A DNA stretch of 64,000 nucleotides from Syntrophorhabdaceae bacterium (GCA_963665295.1 OY762209.1:384001-448000), one strand, 5' to 3'. Positions 9,404 through 19,673 are shown, counted from the stretch's first letter. Notes: a model not told the origin generated them from the sequence alone. Program-made: numbers and translations.

Positions 9404-10294
9404 ATGAAAAGAAGGACTACTCTTCTGAGAGAGCTTATCATGGACGAGGAGATCCTGGTTCTGCCGGGGTCCTACGATGCACTCTCTGCAAGAATCATCG
9501 AGCAGGCAGGATTCAAGGCGACCGTGGTCGGCGGCTATGCCGCCTCTGCGTCGATTCTCGGGAAACCGGATGTTTCCCTGCTCACCTTGACGGAGATGGT
9601 CGACCGGGCGCGGTATATTGCGGACGCGGTGGAAATACCCGTCTTTCTGGATGGCGACACGGGCCACGGAAACGTGACGAATGTGGCAAGAACCATAAGG
9701 GACTTCGAGAAAGCAGGAGTGGCAGGCCTGTTTCTGGAGGATCAGGTATTCCCCAAACGATGCGGACATATGGAAGGAAAGCGGGTGATTTCCACGGATG
9801 AAATGATAGCAAAGCTCGGCGCTGCAAAGGACGCCAGGGAAGATCCCGACTTCGTGATCATGGCCCGCACCGATGCCCTTGCAGTGGAAGGGATCGATAA
9901 AGCCATAGAAAGAGGCAACAGGTACCTTGCGGCGGGGGCCGACCTTGTCTTTGTGGAAGCCCCTACTTCCGGGGAGGACATGCTGAGAATCACCCGGGAG
10001 GTGAAAGGACCGACCTTCGCAAGTATGATCGAAGGGGGAAAGACCCCACGGTTCACGGCAAAACAGCTTCAGGATATGGGGTTCAGCGTGGTGGCGTACG
10101 GCCTTTCTATGGTCTATGCGGCATCGTGGGCCATGAGAATGCTCGCCGGGGAGCTTCACGCCTCCGGGACCACCGACGGGTTCCGGGACCGCATGATTAC
10201 CTTCGACGATTTCAACCGGCTGGTAGGCCTCGACGAAATAAGGGCAAAGGAGGCAAAGTACAACGTCGATAGTGCGGGGCCTGAAGGTTCATGA
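9404..10294 (+). CDS. Isocitrate lyase/PEP mutase family enzyme (2-methylisocitrate lyase-like)
   Basis: DGDTGHG, EDQVFPKRCGH, MARTDA; GGAGG upstream of ATG 9404. Confidence 0.9.
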   Translation: MKRRTTLLRELIMDEEILVLPGSYDALSARIIEQAGFKATVVGGYAASASILGKPDVSLLTLTEMVDRARYIADAVEIPVFLDGDTGHGNVTNVARTIRDFEKAGVAGLFLEDQVFPKRCGHMEGKRVISTDEMIAKLGAAKDAREDPDFVIMARTDALAVEGIDKAIERGNRYLAAGADLVFVEAPTSGEDMLRITREVKGPTFASMIEGGKTPRFTAKQLQDMGFSVVAYGLSMVYAASWAMRMLAGELHASGTTDGFRDRMITFDDFNRLVGLDEIRAKEAKYNVDSAGPEGS

Positions 10295-10553
10295 CATCCG
10301 TTGTTGAGTATGCCGCCGATTCTGTCCACCGAAAGGAGCCCTTGCTGAAACTCGTTCCACACGTTGACGAGGCGGAGGAAGGGCCTGTGAACTGCCCGGC
10401 GGACATTAGTGCTTGCGGGGAGTTCCCGGACGGCCCGATAATGGCTTTCGGGAGGAGGCGTTGCAGCGCCTTCTCCCTCCGGACCCTGTTGCCGGCTTTT
10501 CACACGTGGGCCTGCCGTTGCTGCACTATCACGTCAGGAACGCCCAAGCGCAG

Positions 10554-11657
10554 CTACAAAATCGATCTGCGGCCGTTGTACCTTTCCTTATCATAATATT
10601 TTTCTATATCGACAAGTTTCAATTTGTTGATTACCCCTTTCAGGGGAACCGTGGCAATTTCACCGTGCACAAGACTCACCATGCGTCCAAAATCCCCGTT
10701 GATGATCATATCCACCGCGGCGATGCCGAACCATCTGGCCATAAGGCGATCCCGTGCCGAAGGGGTTCCTCCCCGCTGCAAATGGCTCAGGATGAGGTGA
10801 CGCGATTCAAGCCCTGTCTGTTTTTCTATTTCGCCGGCCACATAACTTGCTATTCCCCCGAGGGAGGGGTGTCCGAACTCATCTACCTTATTGTCTTTCA
10901 GGAATTCGGGCCTTCCCGCAGCCTTCGCTCCTTCGGAAACGACAATGATGGAATATTTTATTTCCCGTCCCCGCCGTTCGCGAAGAAGTTCGCAGACCTG
11001 ATTCATATCGAACAAATACTCCGGTATCAAGATGATATAGGCGCCACTGCACTCTCCGCCGTGGAGGGCGAGCCACCCTGCGTGACGCCCCATTGTCTCG
11101 ACGACGAAGATCCGGCTGTGGGAACCGGCGGTAGTCCTCAATCGGTCAATTTCCTCCATGATCACATTCACGGCAGTGTCAAAGCCGAGAGAATAATCGG
11201 TTCCCATGAGGTCATTATCAATAGTCTTGGGAATCCCTACCGTTTTGATGCCCAGTTGATGCAACTTATAGGCAACGCCAAGGGTATCCTCGCCTCCAAT
11301 CGCGACAACCACATCTATTCCCAGCTTCTTGATATTCTCGATCACCTTTTCAGACCGGTCATGTTTGGGATTAAAGGGGTTTGTCCGCGAGGTGCCCAGG
11401 TTTGTCCCGCCATAGCGGTCCCACGTGCGGACGACCTCCTCATCAAGGGGTTTGATGTATCGTTCGCAGCTTTTCGGATCATCCGGCTCAACCTCTGCCA
11501 ACCCCTTCCACCCTTCGGTGATACCCACCACTTCAAACGAAACGGATCGTTTTCCCGTGAGCTTTGCATCAAGGGCGCTCTTTGTTACCCACTTGATTGC
11601 TCCGTTAAGGCCCGGGCAATCTCCTCCGCCGGTCAGCACTCCTATTTTCATATTCAT
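10554..11657 (-). CDS. pfkA: 6-phosphofructokinase, likely PPi-dependent (group III type)
   Basis: GGGDCPGLN, GGEDT, PKTIDND, MGRHAG, QRGG; Asp in GGED plus Lys in PKTIDND indicate PPi use. Confidence 0.92.
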   Translation of the reverse strand: MNMKIGVLTGGGDCPGLNGAIKWVTKSALDAKLTGKRSVSFEVVGITEGWKGLAEVEPDDPKSCERYIKPLDEEVVRTWDRYGGTNLGTSRTNPFNPKHDRSEKVIENIKKLGIDVVVAIGGEDTLGVAYKLHQLGIKTVGIPKTIDNDLMGTDYSLGFDTAVNVIMEEIDRLRTTAGSHSRIFVVETMGRHAGWLALHGGECSGAYIILIPEYLFDMNQVCELLRERRGREIKYSIIVVSEGAKAAGRPEFLKDNKVDEFGHPSLGGIASYVAGEIEKQTGLESRHLILSHLQRGGTPSARDRLMARWFGIAAVDMIINGDFGRMVSLVHGEIATVPLKGVINKLKLVDIEKYYDKERYNGRRSIL

Positions 11658-12076
11658 AGGTTTCTCCTTTTACAAAAATCTAAAGCTCCCATTCGGATTG
11701 TCGGCATCGGGCATAAGCCGGAGGGTTGGAGCGCCTTCAGCAAAAACTCCACGTTCCATGGTCCTGTTGCCGATAGTCCCTATTTCATATATAGCACAAT
11801 AGTAAAGGATATTCTATCAATGACTCGAGGATTCCGCCGGCTCCCGCACAAATGACCGTATACAAATGTCGCGTTGGGGAACAGGAATGGATATGCCTTG
11901 TTCGCACCGCGCTTTTTCGATATTTATATAAAGTTCCTGAACCACCGTGAGACGATGGGCAACTCCTTTACATAAGCAAAGACCAACGGCGTACCTCATT
12001 CAGGGCCCTTACACAATGAACAAACGGGTGTATTATACTTAGAACAGGTTATAATATTTATCACGGAGCAAAAACC

Positions 12077-13744
12077 ATGACCACGCACAGGAAGATACTC
12101 TTTATGGGGGCAGGCGGCGTTGCCGTCGTCGCAACAATCGCTGCAATCGTCCTTATTGTCCTCTTCGATATCAATTCCTACAAACCGAGAATCCAAACCG
12201 TGGCTTCCGGAATGACCGGACTGGATGTCAAAATCAACGGGAAGATGGGGCTCTCCTTCTTTCCTTTCGGGGTGTCGGCAAGGGATATCCATGTTGCCGA
12301 CAAGAGAGGTGAAATCCTCTCCCTTGAACGCCTCACGCTACGGGCGGACCTGATACCGCTGCTGAAAAAACAGCTGAAAGTCAGCGCTTGCGAGCTTGTC
12401 AAACCCGTTATCACCATCACAAAGAACGCTGCGGGAAAGTATGATTTCGCGGACGCGGCAAGGAAACGGTTTATAGAAAGGCCTGGGACGGTGCTCACCT
12501 TGAATGAGTTCAAATTGTCAAAGGGGATGCTTGTCCATATTGACAACAAGACAGGTGAAAAGACCGAATTGAATGAAATCAATCTGGCCATTAGAGATAT
12601 GACCGTGGCGGACACATCGAAAGGCATCCTTAAAACCGTCTCATTCACAGGGACCATCGACTGCAAGGAGGTACTGCAAAAGGATGTGAAGATGGAAAAT
12701 ATCAGGGCTTCCATGAAGGCAACCAGGGGAACTTACGACCTCCAGCCTCTGACTATAGGCGTTTTCGTCTATTCCGGCAAAAAAGCGGTTGAAAAAACAG
12801 AGATAAAGGAAATCCATATGGCCGTCAAGAATATGGTGGTGGCCGATACCCCGGGGGGCCTCATTAAGAACGTCTCCTTCACGGGGACCATGGACTGCAA
12901 GGAATTGCGGAAGAAGGATGTCCTTGTCACCAATATCAAGAGTTCTTTGATGGCGGAGAAAGGCGTATTTCACCTCAAGCCCCTTGCCATGGATGTTTTC
13001 GGGGGCAAAGGCGAAGGGGATGTGACGGTGCGCACCACCGAAGGCGACGCCGAATATGAGATCAATTTGAGTGTGTCAAAACTGGATTTCGAAAAGGTTG
13101 AGGAATCCTTCGGCAAGAAAAAGGTCGTCGGCGGGAAGGGCGACCTCGATGCGGCCCTGACCGTGAGAGAACGGGGGAAAGGCACTCTCCTGAAAGACGC
13201 GGACGGTTCCCTGTCTCTCCGGGGCAATAATCTCATCACCTATACGGTGGACCTCGACCGGGTCCTCTCATCATATGAGACGAGCCAGAAGTTCACTCTT
13301 GTAGACATGGGCGCTTTTTTGCTGGCAGGCCCTCTCGGTCCCGTTGCAGTCAAAGGGTACCGTTATGGGGACGTTTATTACCAGACCATGGGCGGACAAG
13401 GCGTGATCACCCGGTTCGTTTCCCACTGGAAGCTCAAAAACGGCATCGCCGAGGCCACGGACTGCGCCTTTGCCACGCGCCATAACCGGGTGGCCGTCAA
13501 GGGAAAGCTCAACCTGCTCACCGAGAGATATGACAATGTAACAGTGGCCCTCCTCGATGACAAAGGGTGCCCCACGTTCAAACAAACCATCAATGGCCCT
13601 TTCGAGAAGCCCCAGGTCGGCACCGTGAGCATGGTCGAGTCTCTCGGCAGCCCCATATCCAACCTCTACAGGCAGACAAAACGTCTCGTCCAAGGGGGCA
13701 AATGCGAAGTCTTCTACCACGGCGCCGTGCAGCAACCGCGTTGA
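12077..13744 (+). CDS. AsmA family protein
   Basis: N-terminal anchor plus DINSYKPRI..., beta-rich body with an internal duplicated segment, AsmA-like C-terminus. Confidence 0.75.
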   Translation: MTTHRKILFMGAGGVAVVATIAAIVLIVLFDINSYKPRIQTVASGMTGLDVKINGKMGLSFFPFGVSARDIHVADKRGEILSLERLTLRADLIPLLKKQLKVSACELVKPVITITKNAAGKYDFADAARKRFIERPGTVLTLNEFKLSKGMLVHIDNKTGEKTELNEINLAIRDMTVADTSKGILKTVSFTGTIDCKEVLQKDVKMENIRASMKATRGTYDLQPLTIGVFVYSGKKAVEKTEIKEIHMAVKNMVVADTPGGLIKNVSFTGTMDCKELRKKDVLVTNIKSSLMAEKGVFHLKPLAMDVFGGKGEGDVTVRTTEGDAEYEINLSVSKLDFEKVEESFGKKKVVGGKGDLDAALTVRERGKGTLLKDADGSLSLRGNNLITYTVDLDRVLSSYETSQKFTLVDMGAFLLAGPLGPVAVKGYRYGDVYYQTMGGQGVITRFVSHWKLKNGIAEATDCAFATRHNRVAVKGKLNLLTERYDNVTVALLDDKGCPTFKQTINGPFEKPQVGTVSMVESLGSPISNLYRQTKRLVQGGKCEVFYHGAVQQPR

Positions 13745-13821
13745 CACCTGTGCAGCTGAGAAAGACAATGGCCCGTGGTTATCAGGAGAATTCTCTCAAA
13801 ATCGGTTGTCTTTCATAATCC

Positions 13822-14110
13822 GGTATTCCCCAGTTCATCCGCTATCTTGATCCGGTCATTAAGGCCCTATAGGAGTTGGGAGGGTCCGGTACTCCGTCCG
13901 AGGTCGTCGAAATAGTGGCCAAGCTGAAGAACGTCTCTGAGGACGAGCAGAAGGAGACGCCCAAGACAAGAGCCTCCCGATTCGTAAACCAGGTCCGGTT
14001 CGCCCGCCAATACCTTGTGTGGGAGGGGCTGCTTTCATCCTCAAAGCGGGGAATCCGGAGCCTCACAGAGAAGGGAACGCAGACGGAGGATATATCACAA
14101 CATGCCGTTG
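13822..14110 (+). pseudogene. Relic of Mrr restriction protein N-terminal (winged-helix) domain
   Basis: GIPQFIRYLDPVIKAL*ELGGSGTPSEV...RFVNQVRFARQYLVWEGLL..SKRG; in-frame TAG 13870-13872, no start codon, no nuclease domain. Confidence 0.7.
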
Positions 14111-14282
14111 CCCTCGAAATGTTCGAGCGGCTGCACATGCTCCACTCTTCAGCGAAGAAGGAGAAGCCGGAAGCGTCCGTCCACGGGGAAACGATCACAA
14201 CAGCCGGAGACAGCGGACCAGCGGCGAAGCGCTACCCGTGCAACAACGTTGAGTCCTCCTTCCGGTCAGACCCCGCGAGGCG

Positions 14283-15311
14283 TCACGGTTTCGCCTGTTT
14301 CACCGTGTAGGTCTTTTTTGCCTTGTTCGCAGTTGCAATTGCCGTAATGCTCCCGCTCCTTGCAGCCTTGGTCGTATTGGGCCCTACCGCGTAGTCCACC
14401 TTTCCCGTACCCGTGCCGGAAGCTCCGGGGGTGATGGTGATCCAGTTCTTATTCGCGCCGGCAGTCCAAGCGCAGTCGCCGGGACTTGCAGTTATGTCGA
14501 AGGAGCCTGCGCCTCCGCCTGCGTTGATCAGACCGGAAGAAGAAGCGCTGAGGGCAAGACTGCACGGCACACCGGTCTGGTTTATGGCAATGGAGCTATT
14601 CCCGATACTCAGTTTGCCGGAACGGTTGACCGAGCTTGCATATGCGGGTATGGTGATCATTATTGTCCCTTTGGTATTGCTGAAGGTACTCGTATATTCA
14701 ATCCAGTCCCCTTCTTTGAATATGTCGGGAGAGGGGCAATAACTTGAACCCTTTGCCGTAATCGTTGCAGTAAACTTCCCTCCTTTATAGGTAACCGTCT
14801 TTTTAACAGGAGAGAGGGTATAGACGCACGCGCCTGTATTGAATTGAGCGCCCACGGCCTTATTCGCGTTCATGGAAATCGTGCAGGTGGTAGTGCCGCT
14901 GCACACACCTGACCATCCTATGAAGAGAGACCCCGTCCCGGCGGCAGGCCTTAGGGCCACCTTCGTGCCTTTCGTAAAACTTGCGGCGCACGTGTCACCA
15001 CAGTCGATTCCCGGGGAGTTCGAGGTGACCGTGCCTGCGCCGGTGCCGGACTTGGTGACCGTGAGGGTGTAGCCCGGTACCGAGGGCACAACCGCCTTGG
15101 TGATTATGTTGCCTGCTCCATCGTAGGTGTAAGTGAGGGACCGTCCATTGCCATAATCGGCCTTAGTGAGCCGTCCGTTGGCATCGTAGGTGTAGGTGAT
15201 TGAGGCGATTGCGACAGCAGGGGGGACACACAAGGCGAGAGCAATCCCGATGACGGCGATTACCGTGACATAGAGAGAGACTTTGCGGAGTGTACGGGTG
15301 AGAGGCCGCAT
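14283..15311 (-). CDS. Secreted protein: signal peptide, two YD repeats, InlB B-repeat-like domain, two BACON-like domains
   Basis: MRPLTRT...VPPAVA signal; YTYDANGRL..YTYDGAGN; GTVTS..PGIDCG..C; CAWTA...WITI..G.GTG.V.Y.V..N....R.G.I. Confidence 0.75.
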   Translation of the reverse strand: MRPLTRTLRKVSLYVTVIAVIGIALALCVPPAVAIASITYTYDANGRLTKADYGNGRSLTYTYDGAGNIITKAVVPSVPGYTLTVTKSGTGAGTVTSNSPGIDCGDTCAASFTKGTKVALRPAAGTGSLFIGWSGVCSGTTTCTISMNANKAVGAQFNTGACVYTLSPVKKTVTYKGGKFTATITAKGSSYCPSPDIFKEGDWIEYTSTFSNTKGTIMITIPAYASSVNRSGKLSIGNSSIAINQTGVPCSLALSASSSGLINAGGGAGSFDITASPGDCAWTAGANKNWITITPGASGTGTGKVDYAVGPNTTKAARSGSITAIATANKAKKTYTVKQAKP

Positions 15312-15351
15312 GGGATCTTCATATAAAGCAGTCTCGTCGTAAACGCCGCCG

Positions 15352-18300
15352 CTATTCATTTTGGGTGCAAACGTTCTCTGTGCCTGACGCACTATCGCTC
15401 CTGTATTCTGAATTATCCTCTGTCTCGCCTTCCGGGAGAGCCTTTTCAATCCCTGATTTGACAGCCATATCCGGAATTTTGGAAATATGAACACCTTCCG
15501 TCATGGCATCTACCATAATCGTCTTGTCAACTTCTTCTATAACTTTACCGCCGCTTTGGGCAAGTCTGTACATCTTGTCGGCTTCATTCTGGGGATTGTA
15601 AGCCTCAATACCTTTCTTCTTGTTGCCCTCCAGCATATCGCCGATGGTTTGGGGTTTCCCCTCCTCCTCTACATAATTTTTCGTCTCTTCCGCAAATCCC
15701 AAAAATTTCTTGATTATGCCGAATAACCCCAATCCATAAGGGTCCACGTCCTTCACCGGGTCGTTGTTCACGTAAACATAAAGATTCGTCTGTCCCCCTC
15801 TGAAACCTAGAGGGTCCTTCTGTATGAAGCGCCCCGTGACGGCATCGTAATAACGGTTCTTCATGAAATAGAGTCCGTTACCCTCATCCATCACTCCATG
15901 GGCGCCCACGTAGGCAAAAGGATTCGCTATGGAACCGGTCTTGTTCAGGATCTCACCGAAGGGCGCATAGATGTAGGCCGCCTCAACGGCGCCCGTACCG
16001 CCCGTCAGGGCCACCGTATTGCCTGTTTTGTCGAAGTGGAAGAAATAATACCCGCCTGCCGGCGTTCCCATAGCCACAAGACGTTTGCCTGCGTAAATAT
16101 AGTATGCGGAAATCTGTCCGGAGGTGTCTGCCTGGAATAACAGGGTCTCTGCCTTATCATAATAGTAATTCGCCGTCTGCGCACCGGTTGTCGCCTTTGT
16201 TCTGTGTCCAATGCCGTTATAGGTGTAGGATGTTGTGGCCGTCCCGTCCCGGGTTATGGAGGTCAACCTGTTTTCGGTGTTGTAGGAAGCGCTCAATACC
16301 TTACCCCCGGTTACTGCGGTGAGATTGCCGTCAGCGTCATGGGTATACGTACTCTTTCCAAAAGAAACCATCTGATTCGCGTCGTTAAATGTGCCTGACT
16401 CTGTCGCCTGTGTCAGCACAGGGGAAAGCAAAGATACGGTGCCGGTCTCCTGCGTCACACTGCCGAGAGAATTCCTGCTGTAGTTCGTATCGATAAACGG
16501 GGAGGAGCCCTTCGAATGGGTAATCCGGGTCACCAGGTTTCTCTTGTCGTACGCATACGAGGAGACTGTCCCGTTCGAGCGGGTTTCACTGAGCAGATTA
16601 CCTGCCGGATCGTATGAAAAGGTTATCCAGCCACCTCCCCATGCCACTGAAGAGACCCTGTTCCTCTTATCGTATGTATACGTTGCGGTCACTCCGCCGG
16701 GATAGCCGATGGAGCTATACCTGCCCACTGCGTTGTACGAGAAGGCCGTTGGGTTTGCATCCGGATAGGTGACCCCTGTCACCCTGCCGACCGCGTCGTA
16801 CGTATACGATGTGGTGCCTGTGGCGTCTTGTATTTGAATGAGATTGCCTGCCTTGTCGTAGCTGTACTGCGCGGAAAGAGTCAGGTCGCCGTCGGATTCC
16901 GACTTCCAGGCAAGCCGGCTATCAGCGGTATAGCCGTAGTGCATGCGTTTCCCCCTGCCATTTTCCCAGAAAAGGAGCCGCTTCGCTCCGTCCCATACGG
17001 TCTTCGTGGTGTTTCCCAAGGGATCGGTTGTCTGCCAGGGCATGCCGTTCATGGACGAAAAAGTGGTGGTTTTTCCCCGCTCGTCCTTGAGGGAGGCCGG
17101 ACTCCAGTTACCGTCGTAAGTCATTGTCTTTGTCCCGCCCAGGGGGCCTGTTACCGACGAAGGCCTGTAAAGTTGGTCGGGCGAGACCGAGACGACCGAT
17201 TTGTCGGGCTTTACGACCCCAACAAGGGTGTTTGTCGCATCGTAGCTATATGTCGTTTTATTGCCCATAGGATCGGTTACGCTTACGGGCTTAAGCACGC
17301 CATTTCGTTCAATAACGGTATGATTGTCGTTTTCGTCGATTATCCCGGTCACACTGCAACAATCATATTCGAAGGTCTTCTGAGAACCGTCGGCGTAGGT
17401 GATGCCGGTCAGGCGGTGATTGTCGTCATAGGCGTAGGAAGTCGTATTCCCCAGCGGGTCTGTATCGGAGAGCTTCAGGATGTGTGAATTGTCATAGGTC
17501 TTGGACCACGTGTCTCCCAGGGCATTCATCGAAGAGACGAGCTTGCCGAAGGAGTCATAACCGAAGGATGTCACGTTGTCCAAAGGATCGGTGACGGACG
17601 ACAGGAGGCCCAGCGTCGTGTAGCTCATGCTATGGGTGTTGCCCAAAGGAGATTGCACGGCGGTAAGGTTATGATTGTCATCATGCTGAAAGTTAAAGGT
17701 ACCACCTACCGGTGTGGTCATGCTTATGGGGTTGTTATTCGCATCGTAGGTCAGAGTCGTTGCCTGATAGCCGGGCCGGGTCTGATAGGAGGTCATGTTT
17801 CCCGCTGCATCATAGGTGAGGGATCTCGCGAGTCCGAGGGAGTCCGTGTATGAGGTAAGCAGTCCGTCCGTGTAAACCTTTTGCGTGGTGAACCCGAGAG
17901 GGTCTTGCGTTCCGGTGCCGGCGGGAGAGCACAAGGACGAGGCCCCTGCGTTGGCATAGTATGACTTATTTCCCAGGGGGTCTACCGCAACGTTTCCGGG
18001 CGAATACGCTTTCTGATAGGATTGGGTATTCCCCAGTGCATCTGTGACCGTGGCGAGGCGTTTCGGGACCACCGTGGCATCATAGGTGAATGTGGCAGTC
18101 TTGCCCCCAACGGTCATGCCGGTCATATAGCCGTCCGCGTCGTAGGTGTAAAGAGTATGATTTCCTGCCACATCGACGGTCTCAGTTAAATAGCCCGACG
18201 AATCATACGAGTAGGACGCGGTCTTGCCGTTCGGAGCCGTCATCGAGGTGCAGCGTCCGTTCGCGTCATACGCGAAAGAGGTGACACGTCCTGCGGCGTC

Positions 18301-18831
18301 GGTGACGGTCGATATATTCCCTCCGGAATCACGGGAGATCAGGACGGCATTGCCGTTTCTATCGGTGATGGAGGAGAGAAGCCAGGCAGGGGTTGAACCC
18401 AACAGGAGAAAGTCAAACTTCGATTGCGTGAAATCGCTCTTCGCCTCATGGACCCAGTAATCGGTTTTGTCTGAGGCGCGGTAAAAGTAGGTCATCGTAT
18501 CGCGGTTGTCCGGAGGGTATGTTGGGGAAAGAGCCGTTTGCAGGTTCGAGGAACCCCCGGAACAAACAGCGGCGGTCTTGCTGAAGGATATGAAACTGCC
18601 GTCACCCCGGTGGAGAACGGCAGGCGTTGTGCTGCATAGAGGAGCCGAAACGTCCAGGTCGTATGAGAAAGCCCATCCACGACCGAACATGCCCGAAGCC
18701 GTGTTGTTGGAATTATACGCATGGGTCATTGAAATTTGCGGCCCTAGTCCTGAGTAAGCAAAATCAGTGTCGGATACAACAAGGCTTAACGCCCCCGTGT
18801 TTACCCAGTACCTGGGTAAGCCCATCCGCAT
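15352..18831 (-). CDS. Rhs/YD-repeat protein body (DUF6531-like start, YD repeats, Rhs core, about 125-aa C-terminal extension); probably continuous with 18832-19473
   Basis: Many YD repeats; RYYDAVTGRFIQKDPLG...NLYVYVNNDPVKDVDPYGL core; no clear RBS before ATG 18831. Confidence 0.92.
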   Translation of the reverse strand: MRMGLPRYWVNTGALSLVVSDTDFAYSGLGPQISMTHAYNSNNTASGMFGRGWAFSYDLDVSAPLCSTTPAVLHRGDGSFISFSKTAAVCSGGSSNLQTALSPTYPPDNRDTMTYFYRASDKTDYWVHEAKSDFTQSKFDFLLLGSTPAWLLSSITDRNGNAVLISRDSGGNISTVTDAAGRVTSFAYDANGRCTSMTAPNGKTASYSYDSSGYLTETVDVAGNHTLYTYDADGYMTGMTVGGKTATFTYDATVVPKRLATVTDALGNTQSYQKAYSPGNVAVDPLGNKSYYANAGASSLCSPAGTGTQDPLGFTTQKVYTDGLLTSYTDSLGLARSLTYDAAGNMTSYQTRPGYQATTLTYDANNNPISMTTPVGGTFNFQHDDNHNLTAVQSPLGNTHSMSYTTLGLLSSVTDPLDNVTSFGYDSFGKLVSSMNALGDTWSKTYDNSHILKLSDTDPLGNTTSYAYDDNHRLTGITYADGSQKTFEYDCCSVTGIIDENDNHTVIERNGVLKPVSVTDPMGNKTTYSYDATNTLVGVVKPDKSVVSVSPDQLYRPSSVTGPLGGTKTMTYDGNWSPASLKDERGKTTTFSSMNGMPWQTTDPLGNTTKTVWDGAKRLLFWENGRGKRMHYGYTADSRLAWKSESDGDLTLSAQYSYDKAGNLIQIQDATGTTSYTYDAVGRVTGVTYPDANPTAFSYNAVGRYSSIGYPGGVTATYTYDKRNRVSSVAWGGGWITFSYDPAGNLLSETRSNGTVSSYAYDKRNLVTRITHSKGSSPFIDTNYSRNSLGSVTQETGTVSLLSPVLTQATESGTFNDANQMVSFGKSTYTHDADGNLTAVTGGKVLSASYNTENRLTSITRDGTATTSYTYNGIGHRTKATTGAQTANYYYDKAETLLFQADTSGQISAYYIYAGKRLVAMGTPAGGYYFFHFDKTGNTVALTGGTGAVEAAYIYAPFGEILNKTGSIANPFAYVGAHGVMDEGNGLYFMKNRYYDAVTGRFIQKDPLGFRGGQTNLYVYVNNDPVKDVDPYGLGLFGIIKKFLGFAEETKNYVEEEGKPQTIGDMLEGNKKKGIEAYNPQNEADKMYRLAQSGGKVIEEVDKTIMVDAMTEGVHISKIPDMAVKSGIEKALPEGETEDNSEYRSDSASGTENVCTQNE
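18801..18819 (-). promoter_or_regulatory. Candidate bacterial SECIS hairpin
   Basis: UUACCCAG-GUA-CUGGGUAA, perfect 8-bp stem starting 12 nt after the in-frame UGA. Confidence 0.45.
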
Positions 18832-19473
18832 TCATGAGCCCGGGCCCGTGCCCTTTTTGTTCTGGTATTTTCTGATCCGGGGCTTGCCCGGTCCAGTCCG
18901 CTCTTCGCAGTAATTTCCGTCGGGATTGATGTCATCACCCCCGAACAGACTCGCGCGGCAAGGATCATAGTTGGCAATCTGAAAGCGCATCTCGATGTTC
19001 GTGACCCCGGAGCCCTGTCCGTCACTGCTGTAAAAAAGGGTAAATTCTCCTGCCCTTGTGGGGATATAAAATGACGTCGACAGGGTCATAGGCGACTTGC
19101 AGGGGAAGACGCAGGTCTTCGAATATATCCATTGGAAATAAAACTGATTTACCAGGTCGCTTATGTCGTAATAGCCAAACCAGAACGCGGGATATGTGCC
19201 CTGGGTCGGCGTGACCGAGGCATTGAAAGTGATCTCACTGCCATAAGGGGGATCGGTCATCGCGTAGTTGCAGATCCAATAATTGGTATCTGCCTTGTAA
19301 ACGCACGAAGTGCCTAAACCGAAAATGCTGCTTGCCGGTATGCCCTGAAAATCCCAGGTGATTGTCTCTCCCCCTGCAACAGAAGTAAAGCCATGGCTGC
19401 GTGACGGATAAGAAAAAAACCACGTCAGAAGAACTAAACATAAAACAACGAAAATTGTCCCACTGCGACTCAT
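18832..19473 (-). CDS. N-terminal signal peptide plus Cys-paired beta domain of the Rhs protein, ending at an in-frame UGA
   Basis: AAGGA RBS, MSRSGTIFVVLCLVLLTWFF... signal; same frame as the Rhs ORF, separated only by TGA 18834-18832. Confidence 0.75.
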   Translation of the reverse strand: MSRSGTIFVVLCLVLLTWFFSYPSRSHGFTSVAGGETITWDFQGIPASSIFGLGTSCVYKADTNYWICNYAMTDPPYGSEITFNASVTPTQGTYPAFWFGYYDISDLVNQFYFQWIYSKTCVFPCKSPMTLSTSFYIPTRAGEFTLFYSSDGQGSGVTNIEMRFQIANYDPCRASLFGGDDINPDGNYCEERTGPGKPRIRKYQNKKGTGPGS

Positions 19474-19673
19474 TGCGTTATCCTTCATTGGCAACCATTG
19501 TCTACCTAAGAAATCTTGAACCAATACACCTAGAATTGCAAGCAATAAATTATATATTATTAATCTGAACGGGAGGTATATCCTCTCCACCAGGACCTTG
19601 AGCCTTAAGTTATCTTTCAGATAGATTGCCGCAAAGTATGTGACCGGCAGCGCATTACCCGATTATACAAACA

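Noticed and set aside
10413..11855. 480-aa plus-strand ORF
   Set aside because: Antisense shadow of pfk
13870..13872. In-frame TAG as pyrrolysine
   Set aside because: The frame has no start and lacks the nuclease domain; decay is the simpler reading
18832..18834. UGA reassigned genome-wide (code 4 or 25)
   Set aside because: Many intact genes here end in TGA, including ATGA overlaps
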